A stretch of 64,000 bases of DNA from the NCBI GenBank assembly GCA_030690305.1, contig JAUYHB010000006.1, positions 5,668 through 69,667 of the forward strand, read 5' to 3'. Under the pieces are notes generated by a model. That model was not told the DNA's origin. It searched no databases and saw nothing but the letters and a program-made list of their open reading frames with translations. This DNA is from a bacterium. Its GTDB lineage: Bacteria; Patescibacteriota; Minisyncoccia; Phycocordibacterales; JAGLPS01. Shown here piece by piece: positions 18,385 through 28,269 of the stretch. A program made the position numbers and the translations under genes. Position 1 is the stretch's first letter. The number at the start of each line of letters is the position of its first letter.

Positions 18385-19029
18385 TTACCCGATTCGTTTC
18401 CCGTAAAAATACACTGACACGGCATTCCCGAATATTTTTGAAAAAACCATCTCTTTTTGGCTTGAGAGCAACGTAAATCCTTGTTTAGTGAAAAAATCTC
18501 CCGCTTTGGCAGACATCGTCCGCAGATGCACGCCTTGTACTTTTTCCTTGGAAAGATAATCCAGGTAAGCGGCCATCAGTTTTGTTCCTGCGTCCCCTCC
18601 CCTAAAATTTTTATCAATATTTATGTGGAGCACTGCGGGATAGTCGGACAAGTTGGGAGCGCTATACCCGCCTTTGAGAGACACCAGGAGTGAAAGCCAA
18701 ATGAAAGAAGAGTTTTTCTTTTTAAAAAATGTTCCTCGTACGAGTGCTTGCATAAACAGCCGAGGGAAAATCCGCAGAAGGAGCGCCGTTTTCATAGCCG
18801 CGGTATCTTTCGCGCCCAAAAGATAGCCAATAACTTCTCCCTTATGCTCCGCTACGAAACAAGACTGCGGTTCATAGTCGGTAAAATAACGGCTCAAAAA
18901 ATCGGCAAGAACTCCCCTGTCTTCAAAAAATAATTCCGCCGGTTCTCCGATTGCCGCCGTATCGCACACAATACGCCGCACGGAAGGACGGTCTTCCTTT
19001 TTGTATTTCCTGACAACAACTCCTTCCAT
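18385..19029 (-). CDS. GNAT family N-acetyltransferase
   Basis: YPAVLHINIDKNFRGGDAG acetyl-CoA binding motif, GVHL, FFTKQGF. Confidence 0.85.
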   Translation of the reverse strand: MEGVVVRKYKKEDRPSVRRIVCDTAAIGEPAELFFEDRGVLADFLSRYFTDYEPQSCFVAEHKGEVIGYLLGAKDTAAMKTALLLRIFPRLFMQALVRGTFFKKKNSSFIWLSLLVSLKGGYSAPNLSDYPAVLHINIDKNFRGGDAGTKLMAAYLDYLSKEKVQGVHLRTMSAKAGDFFTKQGFTLLSSQKEMVFSKIFGNAVSVYFYGKRIG

Positions 19030-19034
19030 ACAAA

Positions 19035-19340
19035 CTATCGAAGAGTGGAAAGCAAAAGTATGGCAATAAAGGCAGCCACGAAACAAGCAAAGAAACCGAT
19101 GGTTTTTATAAGAAAAAGCAGTGCTTCTTTCTTTTGACTTTCAAAATAGAGACGGAGCGGCTCGTAAGCGAACAAGAGTCCCATAACGGCAACCGAGAGA
19201 ACAAGGAGACTGAGCATAATCATGGGAATAAGAACACTTTCTTTCCCCCCATCAAACGGCGCGATTGCTCTGATAGTAAAAACGATAAGAATAATGTACA
19301 AGGCCGCAAGAGCGGCATTTTTAAACGGGTGCATGGTCAT
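19035..19340 (-). CDS. Small three-TM membrane protein
   Basis: Three hydrophobic segments; TAAAAT 6 nt upstream of ATG. Confidence 0.7.
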   Translation of the reverse strand: MTMHPFKNAALAALYIILIVFTIRAIAPFDGGKESVLIPMIMLSLLVLSVAVMGLLFAYEPLRLYFESQKKEALLFLIKTIGFFACFVAAFIAILLLSTLR

Positions 19341-19441
19341 GGTTACATTTTATAATATTGTGTCTGTAAACAAAACCCGCCAGGTACGAAGTTTCGGCAC
19401 GGGATGCTATGATAAGATTTCGACTGATACGCACCTAAATT

Positions 19442-20452
19442 ATGATTAAATCGAGAAATGAGGGGGTGATAATAGAAAAATCCGACCTGGCCTTCGAACG
19501 CCAGGCTGTTCTTAACCCGGCCTATATTGAGGTTGACGGAGTAGGACATCTCTTTTACAGAGCCGTCAGCGACGAGAATGTTTCAACGATAGGTTATTGC
19601 CAGCTCAAAGGGAACAAGGTGGTCAAACGCCTTACCCATCCCCTGCTTGTCCCCGAACATGACTATGAAAAGCAAGGCTTGGAAGACCCGAGAATCGTCT
19701 GCCTTGGCGGAACCTATTACCTTTTCTATACGGCTTTTGACGGCAAGAATGCCGTGGTTGCGTATGCCACAAGTACCGACTTGGTCAGTTTTGAAAAACA
19801 TGGCGTCATTTCACCGCGCATAAATTACCAGGAAGTTATGAATTCCCTGCATGATTTTGAAAAAAGAGCACTATATCGGTCGTTTGCTGAAAGCACGGCC
19901 CAGATGCGGGGAACGGATGTTTTTTTGTGGGAAAAAGACAGCTTCATTTTTCCCAAAAAAATAGGTGGGAGATATGCCCTCGTTCACCGTGTCCTCCCCG
20001 GAATTCAGATAATTTACTTTGATAATTTTTCCGACTTGGTCGACAAATACTGGCAAGATTATTTCCCCAGTTTCAGCAAATCAATTCTCCTTGAGCCGGA
20101 ACAGGAAGATGAAATTTTTATCGGTGGCGGTTGCCCCCCGATTGAAACACCCGACGGCTGGCTTCTCATTTATCACACCGTAACAAAAAAGAACGGGGAG
20201 AAAGTTTATAGTGCTTCGGCCGCTTTGCTTGATCTTAATGACCCGCACAAAGTTTTAGGCCGCCTTAATGACCCGCTTTTTTCGCCCGAAGAGACATGGG
20301 AGCTCGTCGGAATGGTAAACAACGTCGTCTTTCCTACCGGAGCGACAGTGAGGAACGGCCGTCTGTATATTTTCTACGGTGCAGCCGATCAGGTTATCGC
20401 CTCCCGGTCCTTTGATTTGGCCGAACTCATCACCGAGTTGAAAAAACGCTGA
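19442..20452 (+). CDS. Glycoside hydrolase family 130-like (beta-mannoside phosphorylase/hydrolase)
   Basis: VLNPA, GLEDPR, YYLFYTA, EKD, HR, IGGGCPPI, NVVFPTG, YGAAD. Confidence 0.88.
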   Translation: MIKSRNEGVIIEKSDLAFERQAVLNPAYIEVDGVGHLFYRAVSDENVSTIGYCQLKGNKVVKRLTHPLLVPEHDYEKQGLEDPRIVCLGGTYYLFYTAFDGKNAVVAYATSTDLVSFEKHGVISPRINYQEVMNSLHDFEKRALYRSFAESTAQMRGTDVFLWEKDSFIFPKKIGGRYALVHRVLPGIQIIYFDNFSDLVDKYWQDYFPSFSKSILLEPEQEDEIFIGGGCPPIETPDGWLLIYHTVTKKNGEKVYSASAALLDLNDPHKVLGRLNDPLFSPEETWELVGMVNNVVFPTGATVRNGRLYIFYGAADQVIASRSFDLAELITELKKR

Positions 20453-20476
20453 GAACAAAGAGATTGCAAGATTTTT

Positions 20477-22714
20477 ATGCAAAAAATCAAACCGGATAAA
20501 AAGAAAAATTGGATAGTATATGTGTCGACTTTCCCGCCGCGTGAATGCGGCATCGCCACATTCACCGATGATTTGTCGCGCGCGTTCGGCGAACTTTTCT
20601 CCCCCGGAATAGAGTCGAAGGTGGTGGCACTAAACGTCAATGAGGTCAGCCATTTAAACTACCCGCCGAAAGTTATCGCGCAAATAAGCCAGGACAAAGC
20701 AAGCGACTACCTTCGGGTTGCCAAAGAATTAAACAACTTACCGCAAGTCAAACTGGTAAGTGTTCAGCACGAATTTGGCATTTTCGGCGGCCTGTGGGGT
20801 TCGTATCTGTTGGCCTTTTTGGAAACGATAAAAAAACCGGTAGTTGTCACTTTTCACAGCGTTTTGCCCGCTCCGGACGACAAACTGAAAGTGCTCGTTA
20901 AGGCAATCGCCGACAATTCTTTCGGCATCGTGGTAATGACCAGGCGTTCGAAAGAAATTCTTGAAAAGGATTACGGCATCGTCAAGAAAAAAATCCAGGT
21001 CGTACCGCATGGCATCCACCCTATGACATTTCAGAGTTCGGAAAAATCAAAGCGCCCGCTTGGCCTTTCAAAAAAAATCGTTTTGTCGACGTTCGGACTT
21101 TTAAGCAAAGACAAAGGAATAGAGTATGTCATTGAAAGTTTGCCGGAAGTGGTAAAAAAACATCCCGAGGTTGTTTACCTCGTTATCGGAGCCACCCACC
21201 CGACAGTCATACAGCGCGAGGGCGAAAAATACAGAAATACATTGATAAAAAAAGTTGACGCGCTTGGTCTCTCCGGCCATGTAAAATTCTATAACCGCTA
21301 CATGGCTCTTCATGAACTTCTCGCTTTTCTCGATGCTACAGACATATACATTTCCCCTTCCCTTAACCCAAACCAGGCTGTTTCCGGCACGCTTACATAC
21401 GCTATGGGAGCGGGACGTCCGGTAATCTCCACGGCATTTGCTCAGGCCAAAGAAGACGTACCTGCAAGCGTCGGCATGCTTGTGGATTTCAAGAAACCTC
21501 TGGAGTACCGCGATGCGATTTTGCATCTCCTCGCGGACACGAAGCGTCGGGAAAAGATGGGAGAGGTGGCGTACTTTATTACCCGCAACATGACATGGCC
21601 GAACGTTGCCATTGCTTACATGAAAGTCTTCAGCCGCGCCGTTCCGTCGTTTTCGTTTCAGGAAAAAAATCTGCCAAGAATAAAGATGGCTCACATTCTC
21701 AAACTGACGGACGATTTTGGGATATTTCAGTTCGCAAAATTGACCGAAGTGGATAAATTCTTCGGCTATACGACCGATGACAATGCAAGAGCACTCATCG
21801 CCGCGTGTCTGCACTTCGAAAAATTCAAATCCCACACTTCCCTTAATCTGATGTTGAATTACTTGAATTTTCTGGAGTATACCGTGCGTCCTGACGGCTA
21901 TTTCAACAATTACGTGAACCAAGACAGGACGTTGAACTCAAAAGCAAACAACGTAGAAAGCATGGAAGACCCGACCGGACGCGCGATTCAAGCCCTGGCA
22001 AAAGTAGCAGCGTCGGAATCGGTGCCCTACCCTCTGAGAGAAAAAAGCCGTCAGTTGCTATTCCGAAGTTTGGACCAAAATCTGAAATTTACCCATCTTC
22101 GGGCAATGGCTTTTTTTATAAAAGGTTTGTGCACCTGGCTTTCGGGCGCCGAACACAATGGGTCCGTGTATGACCGACTTGAAGCAGTCATGGTGGCCTA
22201 TTGCGACCAGTTGGTTTCCGCTTTCAAGAAAAATGAAAATGAAAATTGGAAATGGTTTGAACCGCATCTCACCTACGCCAACGCCATCTTGCCTGACGCT
22301 TTGTTTTCGGGCTACTTGGTCAGGCGCGGACAGAACATTGAGTGGCTGGAGGTGGGAACATCGGCGCTTGAGTTTTTAATATCAAAAACTTTTATCAAAA
22401 ACGTGTATGTGCCGATAGGCCAGAGAGGTTGGCACCGCCAGGGCGGCCATCGGGCCCTCTACGACCAACAACCGGAAGAACCGGCGGCAATGGTAAAAGC
22501 TCTTGGAACCGCGTACATGGCAACCAAAAATGATAAATATCGGAAGCTTATGCATCGTACGTTCTACTGGTTTCTCGGCGATAATTTGGCCGACCGGATT
22601 ATGTACGATGCCTCGACCGGCGGCTGTTACGACGGCTTGGCAAGACAGCACGTTAATCTCAATCAGGGAGCGGAATCTACCCTCTCCTATCTCATCGCCA
22701 GACTGATTTTGTGA
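20477..22714 (+). CDS. GT4 glycosyltransferase fused to a C-terminal alpha-helical glycosidase-like domain
   Basis: PPRECGIATF, QHEFGIFGG, SGTLTYAMG; C-terminal GYTTDDNARAL, DQQP, NQGAES. Confidence 0.85.
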   Translation: MQKIKPDKKKNWIVYVSTFPPRECGIATFTDDLSRAFGELFSPGIESKVVALNVNEVSHLNYPPKVIAQISQDKASDYLRVAKELNNLPQVKLVSVQHEFGIFGGLWGSYLLAFLETIKKPVVVTFHSVLPAPDDKLKVLVKAIADNSFGIVVMTRRSKEILEKDYGIVKKKIQVVPHGIHPMTFQSSEKSKRPLGLSKKIVLSTFGLLSKDKGIEYVIESLPEVVKKHPEVVYLVIGATHPTVIQREGEKYRNTLIKKVDALGLSGHVKFYNRYMALHELLAFLDATDIYISPSLNPNQAVSGTLTYAMGAGRPVISTAFAQAKEDVPASVGMLVDFKKPLEYRDAILHLLADTKRREKMGEVAYFITRNMTWPNVAIAYMKVFSRAVPSFSFQEKNLPRIKMAHILKLTDDFGIFQFAKLTEVDKFFGYTTDDNARALIAACLHFEKFKSHTSLNLMLNYLNFLEYTVRPDGYFNNYVNQDRTLNSKANNVESMEDPTGRAIQALAKVAASESVPYPLREKSRQLLFRSLDQNLKFTHLRAMAFFIKGLCTWLSGAEHNGSVYDRLEAVMVAYCDQLVSAFKKNENENWKWFEPHLTYANAILPDALFSGYLVRRGQNIEWLEVGTSALEFLISKTFIKNVYVPIGQRGWHRQGGHRALYDQQPEEPAAMVKALGTAYMATKNDKYRKLMHRTFYWFLGDNLADRIMYDASTGGCYDGLARQHVNLNQGAESTLSYLIARLIL

Positions 22715-22747
22715 AGTTTCAATCCAAAATCGGCAATTTAGATTGTG

Positions 22748-22784
22748 AAATAAAAAATCACCACAGTGTGGTAATTTTTTATTT
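22748..22784. terminator. AT-rich inverted repeat between convergent genes
   Basis: AAATAAAAAATCACCAC-AGT-GTGGTAATTTTTTATTT. Confidence 0.6.
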
Positions 22785-22813
22785 AATGTATGAAAAAATA
22801 TCTTTTTTTAGAG

Positions 22814-23905
22814 TTATATCTCCTTTTCGGAAAGGAAGGGTATGCCTTCTCCTTCTACCACAGTAAATGTCGTCCGCCCAATAAGAGTGCCTCGATGGGT
22901 CTCAACGGAGCAGCGGTAGCGGCCGAAAAGAAGATTTGTTTTTTGAGTATACCCTCGATATCCTTCCAAACGCCCTCCCGCAATCGGAAAAGGAATACGC
23001 GCCACTGTCTCCCAGTTTCCAGTCTTTTCATTAAAATGCTCCCATCGATGGTAGATGTTTGTTGAAATCCTCACGGGCGCAAATACGGAACTGAAACAAT
23101 ATGCGCTGTCTCCCTCTACATACGTGAATATGTCATCTGTACTTCGAAGGAATTCGTACCATGAGGGCTTTTCGTATACGACTTGATAGTTTCCGTTTGG
23201 TAAACGCGCGACACTGTGATACACGCCAATCTCGCGGATTGACAAAGGAACCGGTGGGATAATATTTAAAAAGTAAAAAGAGTTAAAAAGAATAAATATC
23301 GTGCCAATGGAAAAAATGCTGCTTTTGAGAGCCCCCGTAACGCGCTCGGGCGACGTCATATACAGAAGAGACAAAAAAACAAAAACAATAAGGAGACTGA
23401 TTATCGTACTTGCAAAAAAGATACCGTCCCCTATCTGCCGTACGATAATCGGAAAAATAAGGGCGCAATAAGAAACAAAAAGAAAATACCACGCCGAAAT
23501 ATGAAAATTCAGGCGCGCGTAGTGCGTGCGCAAAAACTCATTGCCGACAAGAAATGCGCCAAATATCAAAAAGAAAAGAAAACTTCCAACGAGAGTGCCG
23601 CTTCGCGCATACAACACGATAAAGCCCCCCGCGAGGTTACCGAAAGCGAATTGCACTATGGCAAGAAGAATAGTCGGTGTAAAATCGCCTTTCTTGCCAT
23701 ATATCGTCAGAAGGAGAATTCCGCAGGCAGAAACCAAGATGTACCACAATAAAACAATATTCGTGTACAACTGGTCGGGACGGACAAGCGTGAATGAATC
23801 CCAGATAAATCCGGTAAAAATGGAAATCGTCCCCACATGCCGTTCGTGTTTTTTTACAAATTCCCGAACGGGAGCAGGAACAAGTGCAAACGGGTTAGTT
23901 ATCAT
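22814..23905 (-). CDS. DUF2914-like multi-pass membrane protein
   Basis: About 7 TM helices, NIIPPVPL, YCFSSVFAP, IYHRW, GGRLEGYRGYT. Confidence 0.8.
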   Translation of the reverse strand: MITNPFALVPAPVREFVKKHERHVGTISIFTGFIWDSFTLVRPDQLYTNIVLLWYILVSACGILLLTIYGKKGDFTPTILLAIVQFAFGNLAGGFIVLYARSGTLVGSFLFFLIFGAFLVGNEFLRTHYARLNFHISAWYFLFVSYCALIFPIIVRQIGDGIFFASTIISLLIVFVFLSLLYMTSPERVTGALKSSIFSIGTIFILFNSFYFLNIIPPVPLSIREIGVYHSVARLPNGNYQVVYEKPSWYEFLRSTDDIFTYVEGDSAYCFSSVFAPVRISTNIYHRWEHFNEKTGNWETVARIPFPIAGGRLEGYRGYTQKTNLLFGRYRCSVETHRGTLIGRTTFTVVEGEGIPFLSEKEI

Positions 23906-24434
23906 GGAAATAGAAAGTCTTTTGAATCTCCCAATGATTATCCTGATGCACAAAAAGTGTCAGGTTATTGAATTGTAGGTCAAAATGCGGCGCGGGTAGA
24001 GAAGAAACATAATCCCACACGTTTTGTGATTGCTCCGGTGACAAGTAACGGGCAATGGAGGCGTGCAGTTTGAGGGGCAACGGTATAGGTTTTTGATAAT
24101 TACCAAAGCCGGAAAGAAGATGGAGAAGTTTTTCGGCTTTTTCCTGCACACGCACGTTGTCTTTGATGCCAAGAAAGATTGTTCTAGATTGGGAGCCAAA
24201 TCGTTCAAAGCCGTCGATAACCAAAGGAGATGTTTCTTCCTTCACTGCTGTGTCTTCAAGGACTTTTTCGATTACAGAAATATCTCCGGTTTCAAAAGGT
24301 GCTTTAAGTGTCAGGTGCAGGGGTATGTATTCGCTTAAATTTTTAATGCCAAAACGTTCCGACAAATCAGCAGTGATTTTTTTGTAGTATTCACCCGCCT
24401 CTCCCTCTATTAAATATCCGATGAAATATCTCAT
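23895..24434 (-). CDS. 2H phosphoesterase (2'-5' RNA ligase-like) family protein
   Basis: Two HxT/S motifs: PLHLTLKAP and LHASIAR. Confidence 0.85.
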   Translation of the reverse strand: MRYFIGYLIEGEAGEYYKKITADLSERFGIKNLSEYIPLHLTLKAPFETGDISVIEKVLEDTAVKEETSPLVIDGFERFGSQSRTIFLGIKDNVRVQEKAEKLLHLLSGFGNYQKPIPLPLKLHASIARYLSPEQSQNVWDYVSSLPAPHFDLQFNNLTLFVHQDNHWEIQKTFYFHDN

Positions 24435-24466
24435 TTTTATTTAAACTCGATATACAGTTACATAAA

Positions 24467-24994
24467 TTAAATAGTATATTTTTTGTGCCAAGAGACAGGA
24501 AGCCCGCTTTTTAAGGCTTTATCGATTGTGTCTTGAGTGCCTGTACTGTTATTTACCTGAAAGGCATACACTTCGTCCGAGATTTTGATTTCTTCGTCGT
24601 GACGAAGATTGTAATGCTCTTGGGTAATGGTGTCATATGGCATTTCTATAAGAGCGCTAGGATTAACATCTTTTATTTTCTGCAGAAGTCTTTCGAGATT
24701 ATCTATAGTTTCCTCTGTTACGGGTTCTTGGCACCAGTTCGTGTGATAATCGTGTATATAACTTTTCAAGACAGCGGGAATAACTACCTTCAAGCGTGAA
24801 GCGTCAGGGAAAAGTGCCATTGCTTCGTCCATAGCAAAATAATCAACTCCCGTCGTTCCACCCGTCACAATTCCATCTCCACGGGAAAGCACTTCGCAAA
24901 CAGCTGTCCGCACATCGTTTTCTACGATGTCATTCGTCAGCCTCCATGTTCCTGTAAACAAAATCCATTTCACCACAGTAGTAGCCAGCATCAA
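24467..24994 (-). CDS. SLOG (Smf/DprA-LOG) superfamily nucleotide-binding protein
   Basis: FTG, IVTGGTTGVD, NSTGTQDTI..A motifs. Confidence 0.7.
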   Translation of the reverse strand: MMLATTVVKWILFTGTWRLTNDIVENDVRTAVCEVLSRGDGIVTGGTTGVDYFAMDEAMALFPDASRLKVVIPAVLKSYIHDYHTNWCQEPVTEETIDNLERLLQKIKDVNPSALIEMPYDTITQEHYNLRHDEEIKISDEVYAFQVNNSTGTQDTIDKALKSGLPVSWHKKYTI

Positions 24995-25023
24995 AATTCT
25001 TGCTTAATTGAGATTAATGAACA

Positions 25024-25776
25024 CTAATAACCCTTTTTCTTCCTTCTTGTATTATAGAAATCTTCCCTCTGTTCTTTTGTAATAAAACCATTTTTCTCAA
25101 GATTTTTTATAATAAAAGGTATTTCTTCTACTTCTTTTTTCCAAGTTTTATACAAATCCAAGACTTCAGCATACATAGAGTTTCCCGACTGTATATCACG
25201 CATAAAAAGTAATGCTAAGGCATTGTATTCTACCATTTCCACAAAAGCATAATGGATCGACTTAAGAGCAGAACTTTCTTTTGTTTGGAGATGTATAACT
25301 TTTAGTGCGAGTTCTTCTAACATATTTAATAAAAAAACCTGTTGATTTAAAATGTCTATTTCAAAATAAACATCAGGGTATTTCTTTGAAACATCAATAA
25401 GAATTGATTGTTGACGTTTAAAATTTTCTGAATACTTATCCCTAAGATAGTTAATATCAGGGTTTATTAAGTCAATTTTTGAAAAAACAAAATCTGGGTA
25501 CGCTTTCATAATAGCTTTTTTAACTTCATTAGAATAAGGAATTATTTTTTCCCGAAAAAAAACTATTTGATCTATTGTTGCTGATAACTCATCTTGTCTT
25601 TTTTTGTAAAAATAGGTAACCAAGGCTACCCCTAAAGAAAGCGAGCCAACTATACTGGATATTTTTTGGAGTGTATCCAGACTATAATTTACAACAATCG
25701 AGGAAGCGACCAAAAGAGCACTAAAGATTATAGAGACTGTTAGAAGATTTTTATTTAGATAATTTTTCATTTGCAA
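25024..25776 (-). CDS. AT-rich hypothetical protein with two N-terminal TM helices
   Basis: Long ORF, visibly lower GC than flanks, N-terminal hydrophobic segments. Confidence 0.65.
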   Translation of the reverse strand: MQMKNYLNKNLLTVSIIFSALLVASSIVVNYSLDTLQKISSIVGSLSLGVALVTYFYKKRQDELSATIDQIVFFREKIIPYSNEVKKAIMKAYPDFVFSKIDLINPDINYLRDKYSENFKRQQSILIDVSKKYPDVYFEIDILNQQVFLLNMLEELALKVIHLQTKESSALKSIHYAFVEMVEYNALALLFMRDIQSGNSMYAEVLDLYKTWKKEVEEIPFIIKNLEKNGFITKEQREDFYNTRRKKKGY

Positions 25777-25813
25777 ACCAATTTAATGTGACAGTTTTTG
25801 ATTCAAAATACTT

Positions 25814-26443
25814 TTATTTACCCTTTCTCCACTTCTCTATCTCCCCATGATGTCCTGAAACAAGCACTTTCGGCACACTGTATTTTTTCTTTTTGTAGAC
25901 AAGGGTTTCAGGGCGGGTGTACGTTTCCCCCGAGGCAACACGGCTTTCTTCAACCGAGGATTGATTTCCAAGCACGCCGGGAATGTGGCGGGAAATCGCG
26001 TCAATCAAAACCATGGCGGGCAACTCCCCTCCCGTGAGCGTATAGGGGCCAACAGAAATCTCCTCTGCTTTCAGAATTTTTTTGACACGGGCATCAATGC
26101 CTTCGTATCGTCCTGAAATCAAAACAATATCGCCTTTGAAAGATGAGAGTTTCTGCGCATCCGCATTTGTAAATTGTTTGCCTCGTGGAGAAAGGATTAT
26201 GACTTTGGCTTTTTTAGCTTTCACTTTCTCCACCGCTTTCAAAATCGGCAACGCCTGCATGACCATGCCAGGGCCTCCGCCATACGGCTTATCATCCACT
26301 CGTCGGTGCTTATCTTCGGTAAAATCACGCGGATTATAGAGTTTTATTTTTATTTTTTTCTTTTCCTGTGCGCGCTTAATGATGGACTCATTGAGGTATG
26401 AATCAAAAGCGTCGGGAAATAATGTGACTATATGGAATTGCAT
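25814..26443 (-). CDS. trmD: tRNA (guanine37-N1)-methyltransferase
   Basis: TLFP, VDDKPYGGGPGMV, GRYEGID, LTGGELPA, SGHH. Confidence 0.96.
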   Translation of the reverse strand: MQFHIVTLFPDAFDSYLNESIIKRAQEKKKIKIKLYNPRDFTEDKHRRVDDKPYGGGPGMVMQALPILKAVEKVKAKKAKVIILSPRGKQFTNADAQKLSSFKGDIVLISGRYEGIDARVKKILKAEEISVGPYTLTGGELPAMVLIDAISRHIPGVLGNQSSVEESRVASGETYTRPETLVYKKKKYSVPKVLVSGHHGEIEKWRKGK

Positions 26444-26484
26444 AAGTAAGAAAACGATACAATATTTTCCCTGTTTTGTAAAAG

Positions 26485-26514
26485 AAAAGCCCGGGCGAAA
26501 TTCGCTCGGGCTTT
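26485..26514 (-). terminator. Intrinsic terminator of the beta-barrel cassette
   Basis: AAAAGCCCGGGCGAA-A-TTCGCTCGGGCTTT. Confidence 0.8.
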
Positions 26515-26541
26515 AATCTTAAAAGGACTGTATTAAAGGAA

Positions 26542-27114
26542 TTAGAACGAATATCCGACGTTGAGCATTACTTCCCAGCCTGCCAAATTGTTTTCAGGTT
26601 GAGCATACGGCCCGCGTATCTCCCAATTGCCGAATGTGGAGCGAACAGCCGCATCAATGTTCAAGGAATTCGCGACGTGCTTCCTGTATGAGAAACCTGC
26701 AACTCCGCCAGGCTGCGCGGGCATAGTGAGACGATTGCCTAAATCGTTCTTGGCATCATCTGTGCACCGAAAGAAAGTGACTGCGGGCCCGATATCCAAC
26801 CAGAAGTCATTGAATAGGTTGTAGCCGAAAAGTGCCATGTACCTGACCATATCAATGTCGGTGTTCGTCTGGAAATCTTCTCCATATATTCTCTGTTGCA
26901 TATAGAGAACCGCCAGGCCCAATGAACCTTTCCCCTCCCGATGTCTTACCCCGACCTCATAGGCAACCGGGTCTGATGCATATTTCATATTGGAGTGGTG
27001 ATACCCGGTTCCGGCATATACTTCCCATTTTTCCTCGGCGCTTTCCGCAAATGCAGAGGGAGCGCGGACGAACAGTACTGCAACAACACACACGATGAAA
27101 GCGATTGTTCTCAT
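26542..27114 (-). CDS. Putative 8-stranded outer-membrane beta-barrel protein (OmpW/OmpA-TM-like)
   Basis: Signal peptide ending SAFA, alternating amphipathic strands, C-terminal LNVGYSF beta-signal; own promoter TTGACT..TAGTGT and SD AAAGGAGGT. Confidence 0.7.
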   Translation of the reverse strand: MRTIAFIVCVVAVLFVRAPSAFAESAEEKWEVYAGTGYHHSNMKYASDPVAYEVGVRHREGKGSLGLAVLYMQQRIYGEDFQTNTDIDMVRYMALFGYNLFNDFWLDIGPAVTFFRCTDDAKNDLGNRLTMPAQPGGVAGFSYRKHVANSLNIDAAVRSTFGNWEIRGPYAQPENNLAGWEVMLNVGYSF

Positions 27115-27254
27115 CTTACAGACCTCCTTTCTAGGAACATGTTTCCCGCCACACTACAGCAAATTCCCCTTAAGTCAATGAATGTGAGAGCCTCGTTGTA
27201 AAATAAAAAAAAGACCTACTTACCATTATGGTTTTCGGTCTTTTGGAAAAAATC

Positions 27255-27614
27255 TTAAACCGGTTGCGGTTCCCGCAATGCTTTAAGAGGACGCAACTCC
27301 TTGTACTTGCAAAACTCTGCAAGGGACACTTCTTTGACAACGTGGCTTTTTTCGAGATGGTTGAAACCACCGCTTAGTCCACTGAACCCACTTGCATGTT
27401 CTTCGAGTGCGCAACAAAGGCAAATTCGTTTGGGCAGATGGCTCTTAGACTCATCACTCCCTTGAATCGGGGTTTCCACCACCTCTTCATGCGGACATTT
27501 TTTCCTCAGCGAGCGCATGAGGTCATTTATCCGATTACAGACGAGGTCACGTTTTTTGACTTGAGAAATAATTTTATTTCTTAAGCCATCGAGATGTATG
27601 TGGTTTGACGGCAT
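27255..27614 (-). CDS. Orphan protein with N-terminal coiled coil and CxH...CxxC putative zinc site
   Basis: CPHEEVVE...RICLCC; SD AAAGGAGG upstream. Confidence 0.65.
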   Translation of the reverse strand: MPSNHIHLDGLRNKIISQVKKRDLVCNRINDLMRSLRKKCPHEEVVETPIQGSDESKSHLPKRICLCCALEEHASGFSGLSGGFNHLEKSHVVKEVSLAEFCKYKELRPLKALREPQPV

Positions 27615-27736
27615 TTTCGGCCTCCTTTCTTTTGGTTTAGAGATTTATCAAAGACAGATATCTGAAAGTAACCCTATACCAGCAGAAGAAAAAGTAAAGA
27701 ACCCTTAAAGTGTAAGAAAAAAGGGTCGTCAGTAAA

Positions 27737-28153
27737 TTACTGAGCGACCCTTATTATGTCCTCTTCAGACAGAAACTCGAGCAAGATAGGATTACGCTCC
27801 TCTTTCTCCTTTCGCTTTGTCCGTGCCTTTTCTCTTTGCTGAACAATTTTTATCATATCTTCCCGCCCGGATATCCGACGCTCACTGCATTTCAGCACCT
27901 CTTCCTTAAGAGACGCGAGAGCAGTTCTTACAGTCGGTTCAAAACCATTAATTGAACATTGCCCTTTCGCGCATGTCAGCCGTAAACATGGAATATGCGG
28001 TGAGATTGTCCATCCCAAACGGAGTTCTCGCTTGTTCCACATGCCATAGTACGACAATTCCTTAATCCCCAGAATCCATGAAATATTTCCTTCTTTGGTT
28101 ACAGAGTGAATGTGGTGTATTACCTTCAGACGAACGTCAGAAATTGGCATCAC
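27737..28153 (-). CDS. Orphan protein, divergent paralog 1 of a tandem family
   Basis: IHSVTKEGNISW motif; leader GTTCTTTATATGAAAGGAGGT. Confidence 0.65.
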   Translation of the reverse strand: MMPISDVRLKVIHHIHSVTKEGNISWILGIKELSYYGMWNKRELRLGWTISPHIPCLRLTCAKGQCSINGFEPTVRTALASLKEEVLKCSERRISGREDMIKIVQQREKARTKRKEKEERNPILLEFLSEEDIIRVAQ

Positions 28154-28228
28154 GACCTCCTTTCATATAAAGAACATTATTTTAAGCAAGATTAACAGTA
28201 AGCCCGAGAAAAAGCAAAAATGGAAAAG

Positions 28229-28259
28229 AAAAGAGAGCTCGGGCGGAGCTCTCTTTTTT
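28229..28259. terminator. Intrinsic terminator
   Basis: AAAAGAGAGCTC-GGGCG-GAGCTCTCTTTT. Confidence 0.8.
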
Positions 28260-28269
28260 GTTGCAAAAG

